A DNA stretch of 64,000 nucleotides from Dicyema japonicum (lineage: Eukaryota; Animalia; Dicyemida), in contig RDEW01000079.1 of assembly GCA_011109175.1 (NCBI GenBank), forward strand, positions 1 to 64,000, written 5' to 3'. The notes below the pieces were generated by a model. It saw nothing but the letters and a program-made list of their open reading frames with translations. It was not told the DNA's origin and did no database searches. Position numbers and translations under genes: made by a program. Below are positions 49,925-62,839 of the stretch, in pieces; positions within the stretch are counted from its first letter, which is position 1; each line of letters opens with the position of its first letter.

Positions 49925-50300
49925 ATTTAACCCCATTCCCCGAATTTGAGGAATGCGGCACAAGAAAACCACAGACCTCTTAGGGTCACACAAAGTTAAG
50001 GATGGAGTTAATCTTGTGTGATCTCCTTACAGCGGCGAGGTTTTTGCATTCCAGGACGACGTGCGTTACTGTGTGTCGTCCCTCAAGGCAGATTGGACAG
50101 GACGGGTCGACATCCTTGTCCAATTTGTTTTGATAGCGCGGAGTAGGGATGATCCCACAGCGAAATCTTGCGAGTTCGACCCGAGATCATCATCAACGGG
50201 AAGTAAGGAATTTCATTTAAAGACAATTAATCTGGCTATTCTCTTAAGACGCATTCGCTGGACTGCTCTATTATCGCAGACACTCAAATCCAACCCAGAC
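49925..50300 (-). mobile_element. Ingi/Vingi-like LINE 3' end with CCHC finger
   Basis: DPSCPICLEGRHTVTHVVLECKNL, ending GGGGTTAAATAAAT. Confidence 0.7.
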
Positions 50301-50309
50301 CTTTGGTTG

Positions 50310-53300
50310 GTAGGCCCATAAACACGCATATTCGAGAATCACGTACCCTGACCGTAAAGAGGAAATGTACTAAAGACACACTTGGTCGATGATTAACTAC
50401 ATATTTATCTAATTAAACCAATATAGACTTCTCTTTTCTCTGGTTTTGTCACAGTCCGTCCACCATATCATCACACAAAATTGATATGGACTCTAGACAA
50501 GTGTGCGCGGCACACCGTTTGACAACCTCTGGAGTAGACCCTCAGCTATCGTCAGGGAAATGAGTCCTACAAAAAAAGTTCTCTTGAAATACATCGACAA
50601 ATCTAACCGCAATGCAGAGGATTATATTAAATCAATTCTGAATTAAAAGTGTTCATATTTAAGTGTAAAAATGCTTCTGTGTTTTTATCAAAAAAATAGC
50701 AGATCTCTACGTGTGTAGAACCAATCTACCTGCTTTTTTAAGGACTAATCTATCGTATGCTGTTTGACTATATTAACTTGCTCGCCTTCTCTACATTTTT
50801 TTTTCACGTCAAGCTAAGAAATCATGTGACGTCGTCTTAAGATGTAGCACCAACTGTGCAGATGAGAAAATTAATTCATGAATTTAAAAATATAGTTATC
50901 TGTCAATTTTGCCGTTTTATAAGCTTTTTGGAATCAAAAATGGTGTCAGACCTCCCATATTCAACAATTTTTCCATAAAAAAACTTAAAAAAAAATTGAA
51001 TTCTAGAATTTTTTCTTCCAGTAGGATTTTGAATCTGAGTTCATGCCTGGATTACAGGAAGAGGAGGACATTAAAAAGTTGAAAACAACAAAATCGACTA
51101 AAATGTGTCAAATAAGTCAAAAGTTGAGCTGTGAGTTCAAATGTTGTAGATGGACAGTACTAAGAAGATGGGTAGTTACAATATTCTCTGATTATCAAAG
51201 TGGAAAGCCGCAGCAAAATTACTTTTATCTAACACCTGGAAGCAGTTCTTATCCAAAGGCAACAAAAATGGTGAGGACAACCACTATTCATGCCAGTCCC
51301 ATATACGAATCCTTGTTTAATGCATTATTATAAACTAGAGATCAAAAATCCAACAAAAAAGAAATAAACGTGAAATTTTAATAAAAATAGGCAAAAAATA
51401 GGCTTTTGTATAAAATCCAAAAGTATTAAATGGTTGAAAAAAAGATTAAATTATTGTAAAAATAGACACAATTCAATTACAGAATATCGAATATTATATG
51501 AAATTCTGTAAGTCACCAATATATTTAATCAATTTTAATACGAACACAAACCATTAATATAATAGAACAAAATTTGATAAATAAAGAAAACAATGCACAA
51601 CAAGAAACGAACCACGAGTAGTAACCTGGTAATCTTATTACATTTGGTTTTCCAGATAAAATTAACTATAATAAAATTAATATTTTATTATAATATAATT
51701 TAAATTATTCATTTCTGAGTTTGAGCTCGTGACATTAGTGGCAGATTGTGTGGATTAGATTTATTGTTTCTGATGATGAATTCAAAGCACAAGTCAAAGA
51801 AATATCGAAAGACCTTATTATATCCCCTCAAATAATTTGCGCAATTTAATACCCTGTGTTCCATCTGACGACACAGTTCAAAAAATTGCCTACATTTTTT
51901 AGATAATACACTAATTTTTAAAGATTTTTTAATTTGATAAGGAAGCTTAAATCACAAAAATGGTAATGTTCTAAAACAACTCAAATTTTAGCGCTAAGAA
52001 GCATATATCTTTTAATATAAATTATTGAAAATAATTATTTAAAACTAAAAAAACGTTGATACAAAAGAGCAGATAAGGAGACTTGGATCACATACTAATC
52101 CTCTAGAGGATTACTCGACAGTGCCTTTATTTACAGAGCTTTTATCGACAGAACATTTATCAAAAGAGCTTTTAGCTAAAAATGATATCAAGAGTTTCTT
52201 TGAAGGTCGTGGCATTGCTAGTTTCAAAAGAGCGGACCATGCCACGGGGACGCTAGGAATGAATGCTAAAAATTTTCAGAAATCGAGTTATAATCATTAT
52301 ATATTTTCTATAAATATTAATGTTTTTGAATAAATAAAAATATCGAATTATTTTCATCAGCGTGTTCTGCATGCTGTTCTGTTGTTGTGGTGTTGCTTTT
52401 TTCGACATTTGATTATTATTTTTTATTCAACATTTTTTTAAAGATAATTTTGTATATGCATTTTATTGCAGATTAAATATTGGGTACATGTAGAATATCT
52501 TGAAAAAAGTTATTTTACAAGTTAATTTGTGTCCATTGTATTAATAATTTCAATTGAATGCATCTTTTTAAATAATATCTTTCCCATTTCTTTCAATTTA
52601 ATGCATCTTTTTAAATAATATCTTTTTAAATAATATCTTTCTGGTAGTACATATATACAACAGTTATTGAGTGAGAGGTCTGTCAGATCCGTCAATTGGA
52701 AGAGAGGCCGAGGAAAACTATACGAATAAAGAGCCAAAAAAACACAGAGAGTAGATTTGTGTCACAATTGAGTACCTTCACCTAACTACATTTTGACAAC
52801 TCAACTGGGAGAGTGGAAAGCTCTAAAATACTTGAAAAAAGCCCGTCTATTTGTGCTTAGATTTAATTCTTCCAGATATTGTAGATTGCATATTGTGGGG
52901 GAAATAAATATATTTTGTGGGCATTTTACTGGTGTGAGGTGTGTTAGATGATTGAATCCTGTATCCAAGTGCTGGATATAGTACCCTGGAATATCTACGA
53001 GGGATGGCAGTGTTTCGAGGCACAGTCTATCTATGATGACTTGGTTTATTTGAGGTTTCTTTTTCTTGAAAGGAAAGCAGAGGAAAAATTTGTTCATTTT
53101 GTTATTTCTGAAATAATTTAAATAATAAACGCTACACCACAACAACGATATTTTAGATAGCGGGTTTGTTATATTTATTTAAATTATGTCACGGGTTGGA
53201 TAATGCCCCGGATTGGATAATGCTCCCTCAACGTTATTTTAAAAAAATAAATATTTTTTCCAATTAATTTTTATTAGATTTTTGGATTCTCCTAATTATT

Positions 53301-53700
53301 TTTGTAATTTATTAAAGATTTTTTTTGAATTAATCTCGCGTGCAGACTCGCTTTTGTTATCTAAATTTTCCAATTTGAAAAAATAATAAGTATTATAGAT
53401 CAAATATATGTATATGAAATGGTATTACTAAAACTTACTAAAAATGAACTTGACGAAATCCAAAAAATTCAATTAGATGTATTTTTTATTGACCGAATAG
53501 ACAGATCTATAAAAAAAGATACAGAAAATTATCAGAACAGTTAATTTTTGAAGACGACGACATAGTATACATAATATACAAAAACCAGAGATTACGCTTT
53601 TTTGCCGAAGAAGAAAATGAACTTAAGCTAAAAATTATTGAGGTTATTGGTAAAAAGTTATTGTAGATTGAACACATGAGGACACATTTTGGAAGAGAAA
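50310..53700. repeat. Segmental duplication, copy A (copy B about 59200-64000)
   Basis: Collinear near-identity, including the LRR gene and Ginger 5' end; copy B has extra inserts at about 59400-59720 and 60402-61603. Confidence 0.9.
52500..53097 (-). pseudogene. LAP-family (Scribble/Erbin-like) leucine-rich-repeat gene remnant, copy A
   Basis: MNKFFLCFPF...CNLQYLEELNLSTNxLSTLPVELSKCS*VKVLNCDTN..FPRPLFQLTDLTDLSLNNCCIYVLP; internal stop; decays into short tandem repeats. Confidence 0.7.
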
Positions 53701-54800
53701 AGTTACTTTCAATACTTCGAAATCAACTTTATTGTGTAACACGAGACGATATTAATGCTGTTATCTCAAAATGTCTTCACTGTCAAGTTAATATGTTTCG
53801 AATTATTTGTAGTCAAAAAAGTTGATGGCTACTAAGCCCATAATTACTCCTATAATTGCAAGACGACCTAGAGACCGCTATATTGCAGATTTGGTGGATT
53901 TAAGGAGGTATGCTAGCCTTAACAGCAATAATGGATGGGTATTTCCTTCTGAATTAATTTTAGTTGGTTGTAGTTATAGACTCCTTTTCTAAATTCGCAG
54001 TTGTTAAACTTTCCAGACGGAAATCAGCCGAGGAAATCACCAGGTAACTTAAGAATATTTTTTGATGATTAGTCCCCATTCATTCTACAAACGGATAATA
54101 GGAAAGAATTTAAGAACAGAGTTGTTGAAAATATGTGCAATGATCTAAAATCATTCACATATGCGGACGTCCTAGAGAACCATGGGTTCAGGGACAAGTA
54201 GAGAGGCAAGTTATTTGTAAATTTATCTTTAAATTTAATCAATCGACTAAAAGGTAGATTAGCTCCATTACTGTGTCAAATGGGTCTTTTGGAAGCTATA
54301 AGGATTTTACCAAGAACTCGTATATAAATATAAAATGGCAAAGCATGAAACGACCAAGAGGACACCTTTTGAAGTTTTTATGCGGGGAAATAATCTAATC
54401 CCAGAGGAAACAAAATCAGCGTTATTACTATTCGAAAGAAATGAAGCGGAGCAATTAAGTCAATCGGAATCAATTGGATCGGATTATTTTAAAAACGAGG
54501 AGGATTATTTGAATCAAGAAAGTGTGTATGATGTCCATGTTCTTGTCGGAGAAAAAATGAAAATAAGGCAGAAATGGAAATTTAATAAAAGATCTACAAG
54601 TAGGAGATAACGTTACTCAGATATGATATCGATGCAAATCCGAATAATCGAAAATGCCCGTTATATGATCAAATCGATTCAACTATATACCAAATATCGG
54701 AAGTTGCTAAAGATACCTGCGAACTTAAGATATGAATGACGATTTATTTAAAAATGTACACAGAAGTCGTCTGAAAAAAGTTTTAGATAATAAAAAATTT
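53187..54800 (+). mobile_element. Ginger-like transposon with spliceosomal micro-introns; right end not found
   Basis: Starts TGTCAC; KIIE^IEHMRTHFGREK...KCLHCQ^...RDRYIADLVDL...GW^LVVVIDSFSKF...TDN.KEFKN...QGQVER; introns 53643-53666, 53787-53812, 53939-53963. Confidence 0.8.
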
Positions 54801-55159
54801 TGAATTTTTTATATTTGTTTTTAAACGGAGAACCTAAAAAAGAAAAATTGGTCATGTGTGTTTTGCCGACTCTTGGTAAAATTCATTCAATCAAAAAATT
54901 GATAAAAAAAATAATAATTCGATTTAATTCCATTATCAAGTTATTTTTAATTAATTATCATCAAAACAATACAACATATTCATTCTCGCGTGTTGTTCTT
55001 GTAGTGCTTTTTTCTGTCATTTGTTATTTGCCATTTATCGTTCCTATCTTTAATCTTTCTTATCGATTACTCTCTGTTCTGTCTGTAACTCTTGTAACAA
55101 AAGGAAGAAAACAATCCGTTGCGACTGCTGTGACGCCAGTTTTCATCTTTCATGCATCA

Positions 55160-58100
55160 AGTTGTCTAAGAAGTCTGCTTTATCTCTTAATCGTTGGGTT
55201 AGGGCCGAGGCTGGAAACTGTCTGTCGACGGTCTCCGTCCCATTCACTTAATCGACCTCACTTCCGATACTGCCGAGGCTGGAAACTGTCTTTCTCAATC
55301 CATCACCAAGCTATGTAACTTATTTCTCCGTGGGGATATATCTGAGCATGCTAGATTGCTTTTCTTCTCTGCGAACCTGACAGCATTGGGGAAAAAAGAC
55401 GGCGGCATTCGGCCTATTGCCGTCGGGAACGTTTTCCGTCGTTTGTTTGCTAAAGTCGGATGCAAGCTGGTAATTCCATCTATTAGTGACGAACTCTAGC
55501 CCATTCAGTTGGGCGTTGGCGTATCTGGCGGGTGTGAGGCCTCGGTCCACGCATCCCGGTGTTTTATTGAATCGTCCCGCCTTTCTGAACAGCCCCGGCT
55601 ATTATTAAAATTGGATGTTAAGAATGCGTTCAATTCTCTCAACAGAGAGCATCTACTTGAGGTTTGTAAAGACAGAATTCCTTCATTGCTGCCATTTGTT
55701 TTCTTTCATATGGGTAACCGAGCCTTTTGGCTGCCGGTGATTCCTTTATTTCTTCTTCTTGCGGTGTACAGCAAGGTGACCCTTTTGGGTATTATGTGAC
55801 ATGGGCAGCGCGTTACGCATGGGCCGCGCGTTACATTTTTTGACATTGAAACTGTCAAATATAGAATTCTTTGATTAGCCGAAATTTAAATTTTTATAGT
55901 GAAAAATATATTAAATTAATCGATTTCAAACATGTTAAATTATCTTTAATTTATTAATGTTACAATTATTAAGATTTAAATTTTTTAACTTCGCAAACCT
56001 ACATTTCTAGCGTGTTTTTTATCTTGTTTTATCTTGTTGTAAGGAGTTCTTACAAAGGTTTTGTAAAAACATTATCGAATATGAGATTTTAAAGGATGCG
56101 TTGGCTGGTAAATTTCCAGAAAATTTTTCGAGCAGCAAAAATATAGGCTTGCCAATAAAATAGAGAATTTTACTATCATCAATGAAAGGTATTTTGAATG
56201 CGTAATAAGTTTCAGATTGTATCTTAAATCCGCTGATCCAAGTTAGTCATTACTCTGGATAATGAATCTGAAATGCTGCTTGTTGCAAAAACATTGCACG
56301 AGTATTCTCACGGAGGAGTGAATAAAATTGAATATCAGTGTCGACAAAGCTACTTTACTGTAAAGAATGACATAATCAGAAAAGTAATTCGAAATTGTCA
56401 AGTCTGTAAATTTTCACGTCCTTTAAAAGTTTCACGCATTTTTTATTGTAGATTGGAGATATAAATCACCATGTTCTTGCTTCTTGTCCTAATGAACGTT
56501 TCAGATAGATCTTATAGACTTAAAAAGATTTTCAACTGTTAATCATGATTTTAAATTGATTTTAACGGTCATTGATGTCTATAGCAGGTTGGTTAGTTAA
56601 AACAATCTTTATAGATTTGCCTTCGCCAGGCCTCTTTATAATAAGTCAGGCAAAGAAGTATCGGAAAATTTAAAATCCTTATTTTATTTAAACGGCCAAT
56701 GTCAAATTCTTCAGTCAGATAATGGTCTGAGTTTAAGAATCAGGAAATAAAGACAATCCACGACACAGGGGATTGTAGAGAGATTCAACCAAACTTTAAC
56801 AAGAAAGTTATCAAAAATGCTTGATAACAGCGAGAAAAAGTGGATAGTGGAATTAGAAAAATGTGTGTACAGTTATAACATCTCTGTACATTCATTTTCT
56901 AATGAGAGCCCCTTTGAAAAATATAGGGAATTAAGGGAATAAATCCAATAATTGATGGTTATATATATAATTATGTTTTAGATGATTCAAATGATTGTTC
57001 TATTTCAGAGCAAATGGAAGATTCATTAGATTGTTCAACTCCAGAGAGCGTAGAAAATTTGCGTAATCCAATTTAAAATATATACGTAGATAATTCCGAG
57101 TCAGAATGTTCCTATCCGGATCCAAAAAAATTCAAATTTTATAAGGAAACCCATTGGTGAAACTTCTAATTATTACAAAGCTATGAACAGGAAAATGAAT
57201 GTTCATAATAGTAAGTATGATTATAATGTCGGTGATAAAGTAAGAAATAAAAAAAATTAATAAATAGATTCGAATTAAAAAAATTTTGGAACTAATCCAT
57301 CGTTGCGACTAAATAAATTCGAATCACAGTACTATCCACCAGCTGAAATATAAATATTTTATCGAATAATCGCGTAGAGGTAGTTTTAAGTTTATTTATT
57401 TAATAGATTAAACACTCAAATGGGAAAAGTCTATAGTCGGGATGGACAGGATTAAAAAACTTAATTAATTAATTATTTTTGTGGTTGATAATTAAATAAT
57501 AAGATTGTTTGAAGTTTATCGATAAATTGACAGATACATCAATAATAAGATTGTTTGAAGTGTAACGCGCATCCCATACGTATCATTTGGCCCATGTCAC
57601 ATATTATTCGCCCTTTCCGTAGATTTTGTTGCACGTAAGAATTCGTCGCCTCTTAATATTTGGTATTTGGATGATTGTACTATCGGTGGTCCGCCCGATA
57701 TTTTACTAAACGACTTGAATCTCTAATCCCAGCTTTGTCATCCATTGGTCTTGAAATTAATTCTCTAAATCTGAAATTGTAAATCTTAACATCGATCGTG
57801 TCAGCTTTGGAAACATTTGTGATCATTTTCGAGGCCTTTTCCCGATCTGAGGCATACTTCTACTGCTGATCTCGAAATCTTGGGTGCTCCGATCCACGAC
57901 CAATCCGCCATCCGTATTCTTAATTCCAAGAGGAATGCCCTTTCTTCTCTTTGTGATAAACTTGAAGATATTGATCCCCACCCTGCTTATTTCATTCTCA
58001 AAAATTATCTTCTGATCCCGAAAATCAATTATGTCCTAAGGAGTTCCCGCTGCTTTTCTATCCCTACTGCTTTGGATTCTTTCGACGCTCTGGTGCGTTC

Positions 58101-59150
58101 TTCTGCTGAGAAGATTTTTAACGTCAAGTTTGATGACGTTGGTTGGTGTCAGGCCAAGCTTCCTGTTCCTTTTGGCGGTCTGGGGCTTCGCTCCGCGCTC
58201 GACCTTTCTCTTCCCGCTTTTCTTTCATCTTCTTCAGGATTGTATCTTCTTGTCCATAAGATTCTTGAAAAATCACCCGAATCAATTTGGACTCTGATAT
58301 CAATTCTGCACTCTTGCTTTGGAAAGAAAAGGATTTCGTCTTACCGTCAGAGCGATCTCTCCAACGTGAATGGGACAAAATTATTTGTGGACATTATGTT
58401 GACTCGCTGGAGCGTCTCTTGGACCAGCACAGACTAGCTTGTTTCCGTGCCAGTCGCCAACCCTATTCTGGCTCTTGGCTTAACTGCCTTCCCACGACCC
58501 ATTTGGATACCTGCCTCGACTCTGATGCCCTCCGTTTTGGAATATGCCTTCGCCTCGGACTACCGACGTGTAACCCCCACCCCTGCCGGTGTGGATCAAT
58601 GATGGACACATACGGGCTCCATGCTCTTTCCTGCAAGAAAAGCGCAGGTCGTATTCCTCGTCATTCGGCTCTTAACAAGATCATTCTCGAGGCCCTCGAA
58701 AAGGCAGGGTATCCTTCTGTCCTTGAGCCAATTGGCCTCGACCGTGGTGATGGAAAAAGGCCTGATGGCTCTACATTGTCCCTTTCGACACTGGTAAACC
58801 ATTAGTTTGGATGCCACGTGTGTTGATACCTTTTCCAAGTCGGCCATCAACGAATCCGCCTCCTTGCCCGAGTCTGGTGCTTATAAAGCTGAATCTTCTA
58901 AATTCAAAAATATCAGCGCCTGTTAGACGGCTTTTGGTTTTGGCCAATTGTTGTTGAGACTTCGTGTGTCTTTGTGTCTTTGGCTCAAAGACAGTCAATT
59001 TTGCGGCGAAACCGACTAGCATCTGGTGCGAGCTTGTGTGGGCTCGTGGGAAGATCACCGAGCGAGAATGAAGTACCTGGTGGAGTGCATCGGGATCACG
59101 TGACTATTTTTTCGGTTTCTACCGTGGTCTTGGTGATTAAATAAATATAT
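55160..59150 (+). mobile_element. CRE-clade element (RT plus RLE), split by a Ginger insertion
   Basis: KKDGGIRPIAVGNVFRRL, LKLDVKNAFNSL, QQGDP | IWYLDD, LPVPFGGLGLRS, HALSCKKSAGR..RHSALN, GDGKRPDG. Confidence 0.9.
55795..57601 (+). mobile_element. Complete-ended Ginger-like DNA transposon with micro-introns
   Basis: TGT...ACA ends, about 41-bp imperfect TIR (TGTGACATGGGC), 5-bp TSD TATTA; HGGVNK...CQVC, ERFQIDLID, VIDVYSR^FAF, LQSDNG, QGIVERFNQTL; introns 56189-56215, 56429-56451, 56588-56614. Confidence 0.9.
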
Positions 59151-59399
59151 AAACAGCAAAGGTAAAAGGATGACAGTCTGTATCTTGGCCCCGACCTTTG
59201 ATTGGTAGGCCCCATAAACACGCATATTCGAGAATCACGTACCCTGACCGTAAAGAGGAAATGTACTAAAGACACACTTGGTCGATGATTAACTACATAT
59301 TTATCTAATTAAACCAATATAGACTTCTCTTTTCTCTGGTTTTGTCACCAGTCCGTCCCACCCATATCATCACACAAAAATTGATATGGACTCTAGACT

Positions 59400-59620
59400 G
59401 GAACATCAGTCCTAGCTTTTCTCCACTTCCATTGTTGGCCTACGATCTAGGAATTCGATTCCCATCTCCACGATAACAATCTTCTTGGTGACCTAATCGT
59501 AGACCACAATGTCGGGTTCGTTGTACTGGACAACAGTCGAGGTGCATAATGTGGTGTCCATTATACGTTCAAGCTCCCATACACCGATTGAACTGGATGA
59601 GTCCACAACTTTCTGCCAAC
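59400..59620 (-). mobile_element. RLE endonuclease fragment of a non-CRE (R4/NeSL-like) retrotransposon
   Basis: YNEPDIVVYD..KKIVIVEMGI...EVEK resembles the RPDIV...IIE...EK pattern. Confidence 0.5.
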
Positions 59621-60401
59621 TTTCTAGACTGCCAATTTTTAAGACCGTCTTTATTTTTAAATAAATTCGAGAACCACTGATATAGACATTACGAATACAT
59701 TAAAACAAAATATAGGACGGTCCCAGTGTTAATGTCTACAAAAAAGTTCTCTTGAAATATATCGACAAATTTAACCGCAATGCAGAGGATTATATTAAAT
59801 CAATTTTGAATTAAAGGTGTTCATATTTATGTGTTAAAATGTTTCTTTGTTTTCATCAAAAAAATAGCGAGATCTCCACGTGTGTACAACCAATCGACCT
59901 GCTTTTTTAAGGACTAATCTATCGTATGCTGTTTGACTATATCAACTTGTTCGGCCTCCTCTACATTTTTCTTCCACGTCAAGCTAAGGAATCATGTGAC
60001 GTCGTTTTAAGATGTAGCACCAACTGTGCAGATGATAAAATTAATTAATGAATTTAAAAATATAGTTATCTGTCAATTTTGCCGTTTTATAAGCTTTTTG
60101 GAATCAAAAATGGTGTCAGACCTCCCATATTCAACAATTTTTTCATAAAAAAACTTTAATAAAAAATTGAATTCCAAGAATTTTTTCTTCCCAGTAAGGA
60201 TTTTGAATCTGAGTTCATGCCTGGATTACAGGCAGAGGAGGACATTGCCAAGTTGAAAACAACAAAATCAACTAAAATGTGTCAAATAAGTCAAAAGTTG
60301 AGCTGTCAGTTCAAATGTTTGTAGATGGACAGTTCTAAGAAGATGGGTAGTTACAATATTCTCTGATTTATCAAAGTGGAAAGCCGCAGCAAAATTACTT
60401 G

Positions 60402-61341
60402 CTCGCTGGAACTGCCACTGTTGTATGGCTTCATTCAGAATCGTGGCCTCACAGCATCAAGCTTGTCGTGTGGCACATAAGTCTCCTTCGCTTCATGAAC
60501 CCAAATCAGAACATTATATTCTCAAAATTTCCAATCTACGGAAATCTAAGAAAATACCATTACAGATCCCTAAACAGGCTCGGATGTATGCGGCAAACTG
60601 CTTAAGCGATCTTATCACTGATGCGCTAAGCTCCGGGGAATACCCTTCTTGGATCCGTATTCTCTCCTTTGTACATTGTGTTCTTGGACAAGCAATTTAT
60701 GGTTCAGTACAAAAGCAGAGCCTCTCGGCTGCCATTAACTCGAACTCTGCGAGACTGGACGTCTCATGGATTGACTACGTTTGGGATGCGAGCAATTACC
60801 AAACGTGCATTAAGGAAAAATCCCGTCAGTGGTTCAAAACCCAAGTCAGTCGTAAACTCATAGATGGCGACATCCGTGTGGCCGTTCGGTTATTTTCTTC
60901 CGATGATTCACTTGCTGAATCTACTGCTGAGACTTTGGAACACCTCAAAAACAAACATCCGATGCCCCAGATAACTTACGGAAGTTTCCCACACAAGACA
61001 ACGCTCTTATATTGTCAATTTCTAAAGATGAAATCTTGGAAGGGATTAAATCTTTCAGACCGAGTAGCAGTGGAAGATTTAATGGTCATATAAAGCACAT
61101 AATTTCTCGATTGACTACGGAAGCTGGAACCCGCTTGATCAAGTGTATTACCAGACTTGTCGAACGGATCATCAAAGCTGAGTTCCTAGGCTTGGCTAGA
61201 GATCTCCTTTTCTATTCACACCTGATTGCTTTCCGAAAAAATGACGGAAGAGTGCGCCCCATTGCAGTCGGTAATGTCTTTCGGAGGCTCACGTGCAAAA
61301 TTGCAGCCCGAAGAGTCTGTCCCTGCATCAAAACTAGCTGA
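60402..61341 (+). mobile_element. CRE N-terminal/RT fragment inserted in duplication copy B
   Basis: GDIRVAVRLFSSDD...LKNKHP; SFRPSSSG; LIAFRKNDGRVRPIAVGNVFRRL. Confidence 0.8.
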
Positions 61342-62839
61342 TATTCTATTAAAAAGATGGAAAAACAATTCATTTTGAAATAGAAGTTTATTTTTAACAT
61401 TTAATTAAGAGAAATTCGAAACAACCATTTTCTGCGTCCGTTTCCGAGAAAAAGTAGTCTTTGCTGCTGACTCCAGAAAAACGTGGAATCAGCACGATAT
61501 CTACACTGAAAGTATTTATTTTTATTAAATTCCCATTTCCCGCTCATCCCTAATGAAATTATCCACAATTCATGAAGCCACCAACAGATTAATTAGCCGG
61601 AACCTTTTATCTAACACCCTGGAAGCAGTTCTTATCCAAAGGCAACAAAAATAATGAGGACAACCACTATTCATGCCAGTCCCATATACGAATCCTTGTT
61701 TAATGCATTATTCTAAACTAGAGATCAAAAATCCAACAAAAAAAAATAAACGTGAAATTTAAATAAAAATAGGCAAAAAATAGGCTTTGTATAAAATCCA
61801 AAAAGTATTAAATGGTTGAAAAAAAGATTAAATTATTGTAAAAATAAAACGAATTCAATTACAGAATATCGAATATTATATGAAATTCTGTAAGTCAACA
61901 ATATATTTAATCAATTTTAATACGAGTATTAACCATTCATATAAGAAAACAAAATTAGATAAACAAATAAAACAATGCACAACAACAAAACGAAGCACGA
62001 GTAGTAACGTGGTTATCTTATTACATTAGGTTTTCCAGATAAAATTAAATACAATAAAATGATTATTTTAATATAATATAATTAAAATCATTTATTTTTG
62101 AATTTGAGCTCGTGAGATTAGTGCCAGATTGTACGGATTAAATGTTTTGTTTTTGATGTTGAATTCAAACACAAATCAAAGAAATATCAAAAGACGTTAT
62201 CATGTCCCCTCAAATAATTTGCGAGATATAATACCCTGTGTTATTATCTCACGGCGCAGCTCAAGAAATTGCTTACATTTTTTAGATAATAAACTAATTT
62301 TTAAAGATTTTTTAATTTGATAAAGAAGCTTAAATCACAAAAATGATAATGTTCTAAACAACTCAAATTTTAGAGGATATAATTTTAATATAGAATTTAT
62401 CGTTGACAGTGTTATCCTTATACGAGGATTATTCGACAGTGCTTTATTTACAGAGCCTTTATCGACAGAACTTTTATCAAAAGAGCTTTTAGCTAAAAAT
62501 GATATCAAGAGTTTCTTTGAAGGTCGTGGCATTGCTAGTTTCAAAAGAGCGGACCATGCCACGGGGACGCTAGGAATGAATGCTAAAAATTTTCAGAAAT
62601 CGAGTTATAATCATTATATATTTTCTATAAATATTAATGTTTTTGAATAAATAAAAATATCGAATTATTTTCATTAGCATGTTCGACATGCTGTTCTGTT
62701 GTTTTGGTGTTGATTTTTTCGACATTTGATTATTATTTTTTGTTAGACATTTTTTTAAAGATAATTTTGTATATGCATTTTATTGCAGATTGAATATTGT
62801 GTACATGTAGAATTTTTTGAAAAAAGTTATTTTACAAGT

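Noticed and set aside
55204-55292. 20-bp direct repeat GCCGAGGCTGGAAACTGTCT
   Set aside because: Local rearrangement inside a decayed CRE RT region; only two copies.
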